This document shows positions 18,073-28,256 of a stretch of DNA of 64,000 bases, piece by piece. Origin of the DNA: Acidobacteriota bacterium (GTDB lineage: Bacteria > Acidobacteriota > UBA890 > WLXD01); assembly GCA_965205505.1 (NCBI GenBank), contig CBDBHB010000009.1:2336001-2400000 (forward strand). The letters run 5' to 3'. The number at the start of each line of letters is the position of its first letter. Position 1 is the first letter of the stretch. Both the position numbers and the translations under genes were made by a program. The notes beneath the pieces were generated by a model that saw only the letters and a program-made list of their open reading frames with translations, was not told where the DNA came from and searched no databases.

Positions 18073-20835
18073 TCACTCCGCGCGCAGCGATTCTCGCGGG
18101 TCGACCCGCGTGGCGCGATGTGCCGGCACCCATGACGCGACCAGAGCGGAGCCGGCGAGGATCGCCGTGACCATCAGGTAGGTCAACGGGTCGGTTGGCG
18201 TGCCACCGAAGAGCAGACTGCTGAGAAGTCGGCTCATGGCGAGCGCACCGACGATGCCGATGGCGATGCCGATTGCCGCCGGCGTCATGCCCACCCGCAA
18301 TACGAGGGCGATGATCCGCCGGTGCTCGGCGCCGAGGGCAATTCGGATGCCCATCTCACGGGTGCGCTGCGCAACGCTGTAGGCGACGATCGCGTAGATG
18401 CCGATGCAGGCCAGCGCCAGAGCCAGCGCCGAGAACAGCGACAAGAGCAGCGTGGTGAAGCGCGGCCTAGCCACCGAGTCACGCATGAGCGAGCTCATCG
18501 TGCTGGCGTCGGCGACGTGCAGATCCGGGTCGAGAGCCCGGATCGTGCGGCGCAGCGATCCGATCGCCGCCTCGGCGTCGAGCTCCGTGCGTACGACGAT
18601 CGCCGCTGTCCAGGTGAGGCCGGGCCGGTACTCGGCGGCCTGTGCGTATGGCACATAGATCTGTACAGGAGCGTCGGCGCCGAGCCCCTCGTGGCGCACG
18701 TCGCCGGCGACGCCGATGATCTCGAAGGGCACGTCGTTGGGGTTGGAGGCAAGGATGCGAATCCTCTCGCCGACCGGGGTCCGGTCGGGGAAGTAGCGGC
18801 GCGCCAGGCTCTCGGTAACGATTGCCACCCGCGACGCCCCCGGCCGGTCGGCAGCAGTGAAGTCGCGGCCAGCGGTCAAGGGAATGCCTGCTGTGTGGAA
18901 GTAGCCGGGAAAGGAAAGCTGATAGTCGAAGCTCGGAACGTGGCCGCTCTGGTTGGCGCTCTGGAGCGTTTCGCCCTGACGCAGAAACACCTCCATGCAG
19001 ACCTCGTCACGCATCGGTAAAGCTCTTACCAGCGCCGCGTCGGCGAAGCCCGGCAACCCTCGTAACTCCCGGCGCAGTCGTTCCCAGAACGCCATCGACT
19101 GGGCCGAGCTCGTGTAGGTGCTGAAGGGCAGCGAGACTCGAGAGGCGATCAAGTTGCTGGGGTCGAGGCCGGGATCGACACGCGTCAGCGATCCGAGGCT
19201 CCTCACCAGTAGCCCGGCGCCGACTACCAGGACGACAGCGATTGCGACCTCAGCGATCACCATCAGACGATGGAAATGGTAGCGCTGCGCACCCGACGTC
19301 GAACGGGTGGACGTCTGCAGTGCGATGTTGGCGCCGGTGCGCGCTGCACGCCATGCCGGAACGGAGGCGAAGCAGAGACCGGTGGCTACCGAGGTCAGCA
19401 GCACGAAGGCGAGCACATTCGCGTCGGTACCGATCTCGCCGATTCGCGGCAGATTGCCCGGCTCGACTTGAAGTAGGAGCCGCGTGCCGACGCCGGCCGC
19501 CACCAGGCCGAGCATCCCGCCGCAAAGCGACAGCAGAACCGCCTCCGTGAGGATCTGCCCGACCAGCCGCGACCTCTGGGCCCCCAGAGCGGCGCGCACG
19601 CTGATCTCTCGCTGGCGTCCGGTCGTGCGTGCCATCAGCAGTCCGGCGACGTTGGCACAGGCGATCAGCAGCACGAAGCCGACCGCGACCATCAGCACTG
19701 ACAGGTGTCGTCGGGCGTCGCCGACCACATGCTCTTGCACCCCTGTGGCGGTCAGGGGATGGGCGTGTTCGTAGAGGTCACGCCAGCGGTCGGAGACTAC
19801 CTGCATTTCCGCCCGCACGGCGCCGAGAGAGGTTTCGGGCACGGTGCGGCCGATCACCGAGAGCCCGTGACCGGTACGCACCGTGAGGTTCTCGGTGTCG
19901 ATCGCCAGCGGGATCCACAGATCGACTCGTGTGCCGGTCATGCGGAAGCCGGCGGGCATTACGCCGACCACCTCGTAAGGGACACTGTTCAACAGCAGGC
20001 TTTCGCCGACTATGCTGCGGTCTCCCCCGAGGGTCTGTTGCCAGAAGCCGTAGTCGAGAACGGCTACAGGACTGACTCCCGGCCGGTCTTCCTCGTGACC
20101 GAAGGTACGACCGATCGCTGCTTGTCCTCCCAAGACGCTCCAAATATCGGCCGAGGCCACCGCCGCGGAGATCCGGATCGGCCGGTCGCCCCCGGTCACC
20201 ACGCGGGTCGAGAGGCGGTAGGCGAACATCGCCTCGAACAGCTCGGATTCGGCCTTGTAGTCACTGAACTCGGCCGCCGAGACTTCGAAGCGATCGATGT
20301 CCTGAAGCGGGAACTGGGTCCACACGTGAACCAGCCGTTCCGGCTCCGGGTAGGGCAGCGGCGAGAGCACAACGGCGTTCAAGACGCTGAAGATGGCGGC
20401 GTTGGCGCCAATCCCGAGCGCCAGCGTGCCGATGACAGCGGCGCTGAAGCCGCGAGCGCTCCACATCATCCGAAAGGCAAACTTGACGTCCTGCGCGAGG
20501 TTTCCCATGGCGGTCTTGATCCGGGTTGCGAGGGAGCGGCCCGGAGGATGCGAATGGCGCGCGACGCCGCCAATGCCTCGGCATCGAGCTCTGATGTCGT
20601 TGTTGCCGAAGCGCTGTACGAAGGCATTGCGCAGAGGCTCGCTCAGCGCACGCGCCCAGAAAGCGACGGGGGAGCGGCGCCCAAGGCACTCGTCTCGCCA
20701 GCCCTCCTCGAGCATGAGCTGCATCTCGGCCCCGAAGCGGCGCCTGTGGGCACGGGGATAAGACCGCAGCGCTAGCCGATACAGGCGCAGCAGCAGCCTG
20801 GATGGCCGCGGTCCAGGTAGGCGAGGAGGGCTCAT
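18073..20835 (-). CDS. ADOP-type duplicated MacB/FtsX ABC permease
   Basis: QDVKFAFR..TLALGIGANAAIFS, LLIACANVA, REISVRAALGA, QRTREMGIRIALGA, PAHRATRVDP. Confidence 0.9.
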   Translation of the reverse strand: MSPPRLPGPRPSRLLLRLYRLALRSYPRAHRRRFGAEMQLMLEEGWRDECLGRRSPVAFWARALSEPLRNAFVQRFGNNDIRARCRGIGGVARHSHPPGRSLATRIKTAMGNLAQDVKFAFRMMWSARGFSAAVIGTLALGIGANAAIFSVLNAVVLSPLPYPEPERLVHVWTQFPLQDIDRFEVSAAEFSDYKAESELFEAMFAYRLSTRVVTGGDRPIRISAAVASADIWSVLGGQAAIGRTFGHEEDRPGVSPVAVLDYGFWQQTLGGDRSIVGESLLLNSVPYEVVGVMPAGFRMTGTRVDLWIPLAIDTENLTVRTGHGLSVIGRTVPETSLGAVRAEMQVVSDRWRDLYEHAHPLTATGVQEHVVGDARRHLSVLMVAVGFVLLIACANVAGLLMARTTGRQREISVRAALGAQRSRLVGQILTEAVLLSLCGGMLGLVAAGVGTRLLLQVEPGNLPRIGEIGTDANVLAFVLLTSVATGLCFASVPAWRAARTGANIALQTSTRSTSGAQRYHFHRLMVIAEVAIAVVLVVGAGLLVRSLGSLTRVDPGLDPSNLIASRVSLPFSTYTSSAQSMAFWERLRRELRGLPGFADAALVRALPMRDEVCMEVFLRQGETLQSANQSGHVPSFDYQLSFPGYFHTAGIPLTAGRDFTAADRPGASRVAIVTESLARRYFPDRTPVGERIRILASNPNDVPFEIIGVAGDVRHEGLGADAPVQIYVPYAQAAEYRPGLTWTAAIVVRTELDAEAAIGSLRRTIRALDPDLHVADASTMSSLMRDSVARPRFTTLLLSLFSALALALACIGIYAIVAYSVAQRTREMGIRIALGAEHRRIIALVLRVGMTPAAIGIAIGIVGALAMSRLLSSLLFGGTPTDPLTYLMVTAILAGSALVASWVPAHRATRVDPRESLRAE

Positions 20836-21191
20836 CGGGCCCCGCTGGCAGAGCGCGTCAGCTTTCTCGCCCGTACCGCCGTGACCAGCGACGCCATGCG
20901 TTCTGCTTCGCCCTCGATGGCGCCGATACCGGTGGCCGTAAGCCGGTAATAGCGACGCCTAGGATCGTCGTCGCTGGGGCGGCGCCGACTCTCCTCGATC
21001 AAGCCCTCGTCCAGGAGGCGACCGAGGTGCCGGTACAGCGTGCCAGGATCGAGGCGTACCGAGCTCTCGGAGCGGCGCTCGATGTTCTTGCGGATCTCGT
21101 AGCCGTGCGCCTGCCCCTCGACCAGGGCCAGGAGAATCAGGAAGACATTGGGCTTCAGCGGAGCAGAACCGGGGGGATCGGACGAGCGCAT
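20832..21191 (-). CDS. PadR-family transcriptional regulator
   Basis: FLILLAL..HGYEI, PGTLYRHLGRL, RRRYYRLT; overlaps permease start. Confidence 0.88.
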   Translation of the reverse strand: MRSSDPPGSAPLKPNVFLILLALVEGQAHGYEIRKNIERRSESSVRLDPGTLYRHLGRLLDEGLIEESRRRPSDDDPRRRYYRLTATGIGAIEGEAERMASLVTAVRARKLTRSASGAR

Positions 21192-21228
21192 GTTCGGTTG
21201 CTCGGGTTTAAGGGAGGAGGCAATCTGC

Positions 21229-21249
21229 ATAGAGGTATTATGCCTCTAT
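21229..21249. promoter_or_regulatory. Palindromic operator upstream of padR
   Basis: ATAGAGGTA-TTA-TGCCTCTAT, near-perfect inverted repeat in an AT-rich patch. Confidence 0.6.
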
Positions 21250-21302
21250 ATATACTGCCCAATCAACACCCCTGCGTGCCACGGGATCTCTCCGCTCGAC
21301 CG

Positions 21303-21328
21303 ACCACCCTTTCACCACGGCCTGTTAG
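21303..21328 (+). repeat. Dispersed intergenic repeat, copy B
   Basis: ACCACCCTTTCACCACGGCCTGTTAG. Confidence 0.8.
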
Positions 21329-21430
21329 CCCTGGTGACTAGGATCAAGAGCCGCCTTCGCAGCAAACGGATGCTGATACATTACGCTCCCGGGGCGGTTT
21401 TCCGAACAGAGCGCAGCGTGAGTCGAGGTC

Positions 21431-22087
21431 ATGGCAGACAAGCGGATCTTCAAGTTCGATGGCGACGAGATGGATGTGCGGTGGGACAGCCGCCTTTGCA
21501 TCCACGTCGGAGAGTGCACACGGGCCAAGGGCGAGCTGTTCGTCAGTGGGCGCAAGCCCTGGTGTGAGCCGGGCAGCAGTGTGGCCGACGACGTTGCCGA
21601 TGTGGTGCAGCGATGCCCGACGGGCGCGCTCACCTACGAGCGCAAGGGCGATGGGGCGGCTGAGACAACGCCGACGACCAACGAGGTCACGGTGGCGAAT
21701 AACGGGCCGCTGTATTTCTCCGGCGATTTGCAAATCGACGGGGCCGCCGACGACCTGTGGGGGGTGCGCTTCCGAGCAGCGCTTTGTCGGTGCGGGGATT
21801 CGAAGAACAAACCGTTCTGCGACAACTCGCATGAAGAAGCCGGATTCCGCGACCGTGGCGCCGTGGGCGACATCGGGGAGCCGACCCTCGAGTCGACCGG
21901 CGGACCGCTGACGATCAAGCGGGTGGAAAACGGCCCGCTGATCGTGGCGGGCAACCTCGGCATACGATCCGCCTCAGGGCGGCAAGGCTGGCGGGGTACG
22001 CGGGCCGCCTTGTGTCGATGCGGCGCGTCGAGCAACAAGCCCTTTTGTGACGGCAGCCACAAGCAGGTCGGGTTCGAGGCGGAATAG
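21431..22087 (+). CDS. CDGSH iron-sulfur protein with N-terminal divergent 4Fe-4S domain
   Basis: CIHVGEC...CPTGAL; CRCGDSKNKPFCDNSH and CRCGASSNKPFCDGSH. Confidence 0.9.
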   Translation: MADKRIFKFDGDEMDVRWDSRLCIHVGECTRAKGELFVSGRKPWCEPGSSVADDVADVVQRCPTGALTYERKGDGAAETTPTTNEVTVANNGPLYFSGDLQIDGAADDLWGVRFRAALCRCGDSKNKPFCDNSHEEAGFRDRGAVGDIGEPTLESTGGPLTIKRVENGPLIVAGNLGIRSASGRQGWRGTRAALCRCGASSNKPFCDGSHKQVGFEAE

Positions 22088-22364
22088 CGCGACGCTTCGT
22101 GGTGTTTCGTCGGTACCGGGCCGGAGCTCGGAGTCTGTGGGATAGGAGCTGGCGTTGCTGCAGCGACGCTTGAACCCAGACCCCACGGTGGAACCGCCGC
22201 GTGATGCTGCCCGCATGCCCGGGCAGCGGCTCGCCGCGCCGCCGCGCGGGTTATCCTAGGCCGGCCAGACGACACGGTTGAGCAACTCGACGCTTTCGCG
22301 AGAGCCGACAGCGCCGCGGCTCGGCTAGCGAGCGCGTGGACGGGATGGGAAGACAGAGGCGCCA

Positions 22365-24695
22365 GTGACCCTGCAGATCGGCGGTCTGTTCCTGCTGCTC
22401 GCGGTGATGGTCTATCTGTTCCTCACGGAGAAGCTGCCGGTCGACCTGACGGCGTTTCTCGGCCTGGTGGTGTTGATATTCGCCGGCTTCGTGACCCCCA
22501 GCGAGGCGTTCCTGGGCTTTTCGTCGCCTGCCGTGATCACCATGCTGTCGGTGTTCATCATCGGCGCCGCCCTGCTCGAGACCGGGGTTGCCGACCTTAT
22601 CGGAGATCGCCTTTACCGGCTGGCGGGGGACAGCGAAACACGACTGTTGGTGACCTTGATGCTGGTGGCCGGCGTGCTGTCTGCTTTCATGAACAACATT
22701 GCTGCGACCGCGGTCCTGATGCCCGCTGTCGCCGCCGTGGCGCCGCGCGCCGGCCTGGCTCCCTCGCGGCTCTTCATGCCGCTCGCTTTCGGCGCGATTC
22801 TCGGCGGTACCACCACTCTCGTCGGCACACCGCCCAACATTGTTGCCGCGCAGATGATGGCCGATCGCGGGCTGGAGCCGTTCCAGCTGTTCGACTTCAC
22901 GCCGATCGGCGTGGCGATCATGGCGCTCGGCATGATTTTCATGCTGACCGTGGGAAAGCGATTGCTTCCGGCGGACACTGGTCGCGGGCCGGCGACCCTC
23001 GAGGGCGAGGACCTGAGCCAGATCTACCAACTCGAGGAGCGGCTGTTCTCGTTGCGGCTCCCTACCAGCAGTGCGCTGGATGGTCGGACGCTGGCGGAGA
23101 CTCGCCTCGGCAACACTCTGGGCTTCAAGGTGGTGTTGATCCAGCGGGGAGACAAGACGCTGGTTCCGGAGGGCAGTACACGCCTTCGGGGCGGTGACGT
23201 GCTCATCGTCGACGGCGAGGTCTCGAAAGTCCGTGAGTTTCTGCAGATGGAGCAGCTGGACGTTCATCCGATGCAGGTGGATCGCTTGCCGCGCGTGTCG
23301 CCGGACGTCAGTGGCATGAGAGTTGTCGTCGAGGCGGGAGGCACCGTGGCCGGCAACACCCTGAGGGAACTTGCCTTCCGCGGACGATTCGGGGTGGTGG
23401 TGTTGGCTATCCGCCACCGGGGACAGCTCTACACCGATCATCTGGCCGAACAGACACTGCGGCTGGGCGACGAGGTATTGGCAATCGGGCGAAGTGAGGA
23501 TCTCGAGCGATTCGCAGCCGAGCCGGGGTGGGGGGTGTTGGAAACCGGAGTTTCGGCGGTGGCTGACCTGCAGGAGCGCCTGTGCGTGATCGAGGTGCCG
23601 GCAGACTCCGGCCTCGCGGGAGCCACGATCTCCTCCAGTCGCCTCAGCGAGATCGTCGGTCTGACCGTCGCGGGCATCATCCGGGATCAGGAGACCCGTC
23701 TAATGCTCTCCCCGAGCGACACGATCCGGGCGGGCGATCGCCTGTTGCTGGCCGCGGATCCCGGCGCCGTGGCGGCGCTGGCCGATGCTGGCGAGGTCGA
23801 GATCGGGCCACGAGTGGGGCGCGAGCTCCTGGAGACCGATGCGGCGGCGATGGTAGAAGCGGCGGTCGCCCCGCGGTCGGCTGCCGAAGGCCGCACCCTG
23901 GAGGAGCTCGACTTCCAGCATCGCCACGGGCTGTTGGCGCTGGCGTTGTGGCGCGAGGGGCGGCCGATTCATGCTGATCTGGCCCGCGTGCCGCTGCGCT
24001 TCGGCGACGCGCTGCTGCTGCATGGGCCACCGGGAAAGGTCGCCCGGCTCGCCTCAGAGCCTGACTTCGTGGTGCTGTCGGCCACCGAACGGGCCGTCCG
24101 GCGCACCAACAAGGCGCCGCTAGCTCTGGCGGGACTGCTGCTGATGATTCTGCTGGTGGCAACCGGATGGCAGCCGATCCATGTCGCCGCGTTCACCGCC
24201 GCTTCTCTGGTACTGGTCGCCGGTGCGCTGACTATGAAAGAGGCCTACCGGGTGATCGAGTGGCGGGTGATCTTTCTCGTTGCCGCAGTGCTACCAGTGG
24301 GCTTCGCGATGGAGCGATCGGGCGCTGCAGGCTTCCTCGCAGACTCGGTGGCTTCGACGGTGGGCTCGCTGGGGCCTTATGCGGTGCTTGCAGCGCTCGT
24401 CTTCATGGCGAGCCTGCTCAGCCAGGGGCTCGACGGGGCCCCGGCGGTGGTTCTACTGGCGCCGGTAGTTTTCGAGACGGCCGGTCGACTACAGCTCAGC
24501 CCATACCCGTTGATGATGGGGGTCAGCCTGGCGGCCTCGGCGGCATTCATGACGCCGTTCAGCCACAAGGCCAACCTGCTGGTCATGGGAGCCGGCGGGT
24601 ATCGCGCCAAAGACTACTTGCGCGTGGGGACGCCGTTGACGGTCCTGCTGCTCGTTCTGCTCGTTCTGCTCGTGCCGGTGTTCTTGCCGTTCTGA
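22365..24695 (+). CDS. SLC13/DASS-family permease with TrkA-C (RCK_C) domains
   Basis: SAFMNN, GGTTTLVGTPPN, repeated TrkA-C segments, FMTPFSHKANLLVMGAGGY. Confidence 0.88.
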   Translation: MTLQIGGLFLLLAVMVYLFLTEKLPVDLTAFLGLVVLIFAGFVTPSEAFLGFSSPAVITMLSVFIIGAALLETGVADLIGDRLYRLAGDSETRLLVTLMLVAGVLSAFMNNIAATAVLMPAVAAVAPRAGLAPSRLFMPLAFGAILGGTTTLVGTPPNIVAAQMMADRGLEPFQLFDFTPIGVAIMALGMIFMLTVGKRLLPADTGRGPATLEGEDLSQIYQLEERLFSLRLPTSSALDGRTLAETRLGNTLGFKVVLIQRGDKTLVPEGSTRLRGGDVLIVDGEVSKVREFLQMEQLDVHPMQVDRLPRVSPDVSGMRVVVEAGGTVAGNTLRELAFRGRFGVVVLAIRHRGQLYTDHLAEQTLRLGDEVLAIGRSEDLERFAAEPGWGVLETGVSAVADLQERLCVIEVPADSGLAGATISSSRLSEIVGLTVAGIIRDQETRLMLSPSDTIRAGDRLLLAADPGAVAALADAGEVEIGPRVGRELLETDAAAMVEAAVAPRSAAEGRTLEELDFQHRHGLLALALWREGRPIHADLARVPLRFGDALLLHGPPGKVARLASEPDFVVLSATERAVRRTNKAPLALAGLLLMILLVATGWQPIHVAAFTAASLVLVAGALTMKEAYRVIEWRVIFLVAAVLPVGFAMERSGAAGFLADSVASTVGSLGPYAVLAALVFMASLLSQGLDGAPAVVLLAPVVFETAGRLQLSPYPLMMGVSLAASAAFMTPFSHKANLLVMGAGGYRAKDYLRVGTPLTVLLLVLLVLLVPVFLPF

Positions 24696-24706
24696 GGTTG
24701 CCGCGA

Positions 24707-24888
24707 CTACTGCCGGCGGATGATGCCGCAGGCGATCCGCCCGCCCCCGCGCAGCCGGCTTCCTCACCGTCTGGGCAGTAGCTGTCGGGGTCGGTGTGGA
24801 CGATGAAGGCGCTCGACGCCTTGCCGTTCTGATCGAAGATGCTCAGTGGTCCGGGGCTCAACGTGACGCGCGTCGTCTGCGTCGTCAT
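24707..24888 (-). pseudogene. C-terminal remnant of Cu/Zn superoxide dismutase-like gene
   Basis: RVTLSPGPLSIFD..SAFIVHTDPD..GCAG; a shift in a G-run restores GGRIACGIIRRQ*, the SodC C-terminal motif; N-terminus absent. Confidence 0.7.
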
Positions 24889-24967
24889 CAACTGTTGTCG
24901 AGCGTGAGCTCAACGGCCGACGGAAACTTGAAACCAAACGGCGCCGCTCGCCGTACTTTCCTGTGCA

Positions 24968-27649
24968 ATGCGCAACAAATCGTCCGATAGGCCTGCCCCG
25001 AACAGCCGCCCGCCCCGACTCGCGGCCTTCCTGCTGCGAATTTTCTCGCCCGCCGCAGAGCGTGAAGAGTTGCTCGGTGACCTGAGCGAGGAGTACCGGC
25101 GGCATCGTTTGCCGCAGGACCGGCGTGCGGCACGCCGGTGGTACTGGGGCCAAGCGCTGCGATCTCTACGCCCTGGGCTGGATCGCCCCAAGAAACGCCT
25201 CTGGCTGCCCGCCGGAAGGGAGGCTCTTATGAGCAACTTGCTTCAGGACTTGAAGTACGGCGTCCGGTCACTCTTGCGTGCCCCCGTCTTCACCGGCCTT
25301 ACGGTGCTTACGCTGACGCTGGCCATCGGCGTAAACAGCGCCATCTTCAGCATGGTGAGCGTCATCTTCTTCACCGACCTTCCGTTCAAGAACACCGACG
25401 AGCTCGCCCTCGTGTTCATGCAGAATCCCGAGCGGGGAGTCGAGCGACAGACACCTTCCTTGCCGGACTTCATCGACTACCGGGAGCAGACAGAACAACT
25501 CGAAGACATGGCTGCCTTGGAGCAACGAGCCGGAGCGTTGGTCGATGGCGATGAGCCCGTGCGCGTTCTCATCGGTGCTCTGACGGCGAATGCGTTCGGT
25601 AGTTGGGGTGTTGCGCCGACGCTCGGCCGCGACTTTGTTGACGGCGAAGACGACCCCGGCGCGGATCACGTTGTCATGCTCAGCCACGGGTTCTGGGAGC
25701 GACGCTACGGACTCGACTCGAATGTTGTCGGCAGGGAGCTCAAGCTCGACGGTCACCCGACGGTTGTCGTCGGGATCGTCGCCGAGGCGCTGGAGTGGGG
25801 TGACCTGGCTCGCATCGACGTTTGGGTGCCGATGGAGCTGAGTCCGACCGCTCGGCGCCGTGACCAGCGAGACCTGCTGGTCACGGGTCGGCTGGTGGCG
25901 GGGGCGACCATGGCACAGGCACATGCCGAGTTCCTGGAGATCGGCGAGAGCCTGGCAGATCGCTATCCAGAGACCAACCGCGGCTGGATCCCCAACGTCC
26001 AGAGTTTCTACGACGGGATGGCGGACGACGGATTCTGGGCCATTCTCCTCCTACTGTCGATCACCGTCGGGTTGGTCATGCTGATCGCCTGTTCCAACGT
26101 CGCTACCATGACGCTTGCTCGGGCCACCGGGCGGACCCAGGAGTTGGCGGTGCGGGCGGCACTCGGGGCCGGACGAGCGCGAATCTTGCGGCAACTGGTC
26201 ACCGAGAGCGTGCTGCTTTCAATAGCTTCGGGGCTGCTCGGACTGGGGGTGGCGCACGCGGCGCTGGTCGGGCTTACCTGGATTGCTGGCAGTAGCTCCG
26301 GCATCAGCTCGTTCTTCTCGATGTTGGAGATCGACCGACCGGTGTTGGTGTTCACTCTCGGTGTGTCGGTCTGCGCCCCGGTGCTGTTCGGGCTCGTACC
26401 GGCGCTACGCGCAGCACGCGCCGATCTTGCCTCGACCCTCAAGGAAAGCGGCCGCTCCTCGGGTTCCGTGGCGACGCTTCGTGGTCGGCGTCTGCTCGTC
26501 GCCACGCAGGTGTCTTTGGCGATCACTCTGATGGTCGTTGCCGGTCTCATTATCAGGGCATTGCTAGATTTGCGCTCGCTGGAGTACGCCTACGATCCGG
26601 AGGCGGTGCTCACGTTGCGCGTCGAGTTGCCCGAGACCGGCTATCCGGATTTGCAAGAAGTGCGGGCGTTCCGGCAGCAGGTGTTGGAACGGACGCAGGC
26701 GATCCCCGGCGTTGTTCGAGCCGCGTGGGTGGACGCTCGCCCGCTGGCCGATGCGGTTGGGACCGCGTCGATAGAGATCGAGGGCGCCGAGGTTCGCACC
26801 GCCGAGCAGGTGCCGTGGGCCTTTCCGGTCACCGTTGACCCGGGCTACTTCGACATGATGAGGATGCGGCCGATCCAGGGGAGGCTACTCGGGCCAGAAG
26901 ACGATGTTGGCGGAGCCCCGGTAGCGTTGGTCAACGCCGAAACGGTGGAGCGTTTCTGGGCCGGCGAGGATCTGGTCGGACGTCGACTTCGGTTGAGCGG
27001 GGCCGGCGAGTGGCTGGAGATCGTCGGAGTAGTTTCCGACGAGGTGTACCCGGACCCTGACAATCTCGTGGTTCCGTCCGTCTACTTGCCGTTGGCGCAG
27101 CACACCGCTCACGCGGGAGCCCTCCTGGTTGAGACGGTGGGGGACCGGCTGAGCGTCGCGACCCCTATCCGGCGCGTCGTCTGGGACATCGACCCCGAGC
27201 AGCCGATAGCCGATGTGCGCACGCAGGCGCGCATCTTCGCGGATGACTTGGCGGAAATCAGCGCTATCTCGACCTTGTTCGGAGCGTTCGCGCTCTTCGC
27301 GTTGGTGATGTCCGCAACGGGGATCTACGGTGTGCTTTCGTACATGGTGGCGCAGCGTACGCGCGAGTTCGGAATCCGCATGGCACTCGGTGCGCGCGGT
27401 GGCGATGTTCGTGCCATGGTGGTGCGCAATTCGGGCCTGCTGATTCTGTGCGGTGTCGGCGTTGGGCTCGCAGGGGCGCTGGCGCTCGCGCGTGTCCTGG
27501 CGAGCGTCGAGCCGACGATCAATGCCGTCGATCCCGTTGTCTACGGCACCGTTGGCGGGGTGCTGCTCGGGGTGGCCGGGCTCTCGGCCTGGATACCGGC
27601 GCACCGTGCTACGCGCGTCGAGCCGGCCACCGCGCTCCGGACGGAGTAA
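24968..27649 (+). CDS. ADOP-type duplicated MacB/FtsX ABC permease
   Basis: LLGDLSEEY..WYWGQ leader, QDLKYGVRSL, LIACSNVA, QRTREFGIRMALGA, PAHRATRVEP. Confidence 0.9.
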   Translation: MRNKSSDRPAPNSRPPRLAAFLLRIFSPAAEREELLGDLSEEYRRHRLPQDRRAARRWYWGQALRSLRPGLDRPKKRLWLPAGREALMSNLLQDLKYGVRSLLRAPVFTGLTVLTLTLAIGVNSAIFSMVSVIFFTDLPFKNTDELALVFMQNPERGVERQTPSLPDFIDYREQTEQLEDMAALEQRAGALVDGDEPVRVLIGALTANAFGSWGVAPTLGRDFVDGEDDPGADHVVMLSHGFWERRYGLDSNVVGRELKLDGHPTVVVGIVAEALEWGDLARIDVWVPMELSPTARRRDQRDLLVTGRLVAGATMAQAHAEFLEIGESLADRYPETNRGWIPNVQSFYDGMADDGFWAILLLLSITVGLVMLIACSNVATMTLARATGRTQELAVRAALGAGRARILRQLVTESVLLSIASGLLGLGVAHAALVGLTWIAGSSSGISSFFSMLEIDRPVLVFTLGVSVCAPVLFGLVPALRAARADLASTLKESGRSSGSVATLRGRRLLVATQVSLAITLMVVAGLIIRALLDLRSLEYAYDPEAVLTLRVELPETGYPDLQEVRAFRQQVLERTQAIPGVVRAAWVDARPLADAVGTASIEIEGAEVRTAEQVPWAFPVTVDPGYFDMMRMRPIQGRLLGPEDDVGGAPVALVNAETVERFWAGEDLVGRRLRLSGAGEWLEIVGVVSDEVYPDPDNLVVPSVYLPLAQHTAHAGALLVETVGDRLSVATPIRRVVWDIDPEQPIADVRTQARIFADDLAEISAISTLFGAFALFALVMSATGIYGVLSYMVAQRTREFGIRMALGARGGDVRAMVVRNSGLLILCGVGVGLAGALALARVLASVEPTINAVDPVVYGTVGGVLLGVAGLSAWIPAHRATRVEPATALRTE

Positions 27650-27653
27650 TCGA

Positions 27654-27980
27654 ATGGGCAAGGGCGAGTACCTGGGTGAGTTCGAGTTGCTGGTAATGAC
27701 GACCCTCGTCCGCCTTGGCGATGACGCCTACGGCATGCAGATTCGACGCGACATCGAGGCGCGTACCGGTCGTCCGGTGTCGATTGGCAACGTCTATGCT
27801 GCGCTACGGCGGCTGGACGCCAAGGGATACCTCGGCACGAGCAAGGGGCCACCCACGCCGGAGCGCGGCGGGCGCGCCAAGCGCTACTTTCATCTCCAGC
27901 CGGCGGGGGCGCGCGCTCTCGCCAGGTCCCGCGACCTGTTTCTGACGGTGCTGGCGGATCTTCCCGACCTGCCCAGCTGA
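27654..27980 (+). CDS. PadR-family transcriptional regulator
   Basis: LGEFELLV, AYG, SIGNVYAALRRL, PTPERGGRAKRYF. Confidence 0.88.
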   Translation: MGKGEYLGEFELLVMTTLVRLGDDAYGMQIRRDIEARTGRPVSIGNVYAALRRLDAKGYLGTSKGPPTPERGGRAKRYFHLQPAGARALARSRDLFLTVLADLPDLPS

Positions 27981-28164
27981 GCGCACGGCGACCGAACATT
28001 GACGTAGCCGGCAAAGCGGGTGCCCGATGATCCGAGTGCAATCGCCGTAACCCTTCGGGCGACAGGGGGTTGCGCGCGTATGCTGCGTCGTTCCTCGTCA
28101 ACGATGGGGTAACCATCGCCTCCTCCTCTCTCCTTGCCTCCACTTCGCAAGTCCCTGTCGCCAG

Positions 28165-28194
28165 ACCCACCACACTTTCACCACGGCCTGCTAG
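28165..28194 (+). repeat. Dispersed intergenic repeat, copy C
   Basis: ACCCACCACACTTTCACCACGGCCTGCTAG. Confidence 0.85.
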
Positions 28195-28256
28195 GCTTGC
28201 TCACCTGCCCGCCGTTTGAGCGCATCGCCGTAAGGGGCGCGAAGTGTGCGAAGTCT

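Noticed and set aside
22088-22364. Intergenic stretch with small hairpins and GTCTG/CAGAC ends as ncRNA or MITE
   Set aside because: Pairings are short and expected by chance at this GC content; no second copy seen.
27985-28135. Strong minus-strand RBS (GAGGAGGAGG) + ATG 28116, and a PilZ-like ERRSIR fragment
   Set aside because: The frame runs antisense into padR and has no recognisable domain; at most an unidentifiable remnant.
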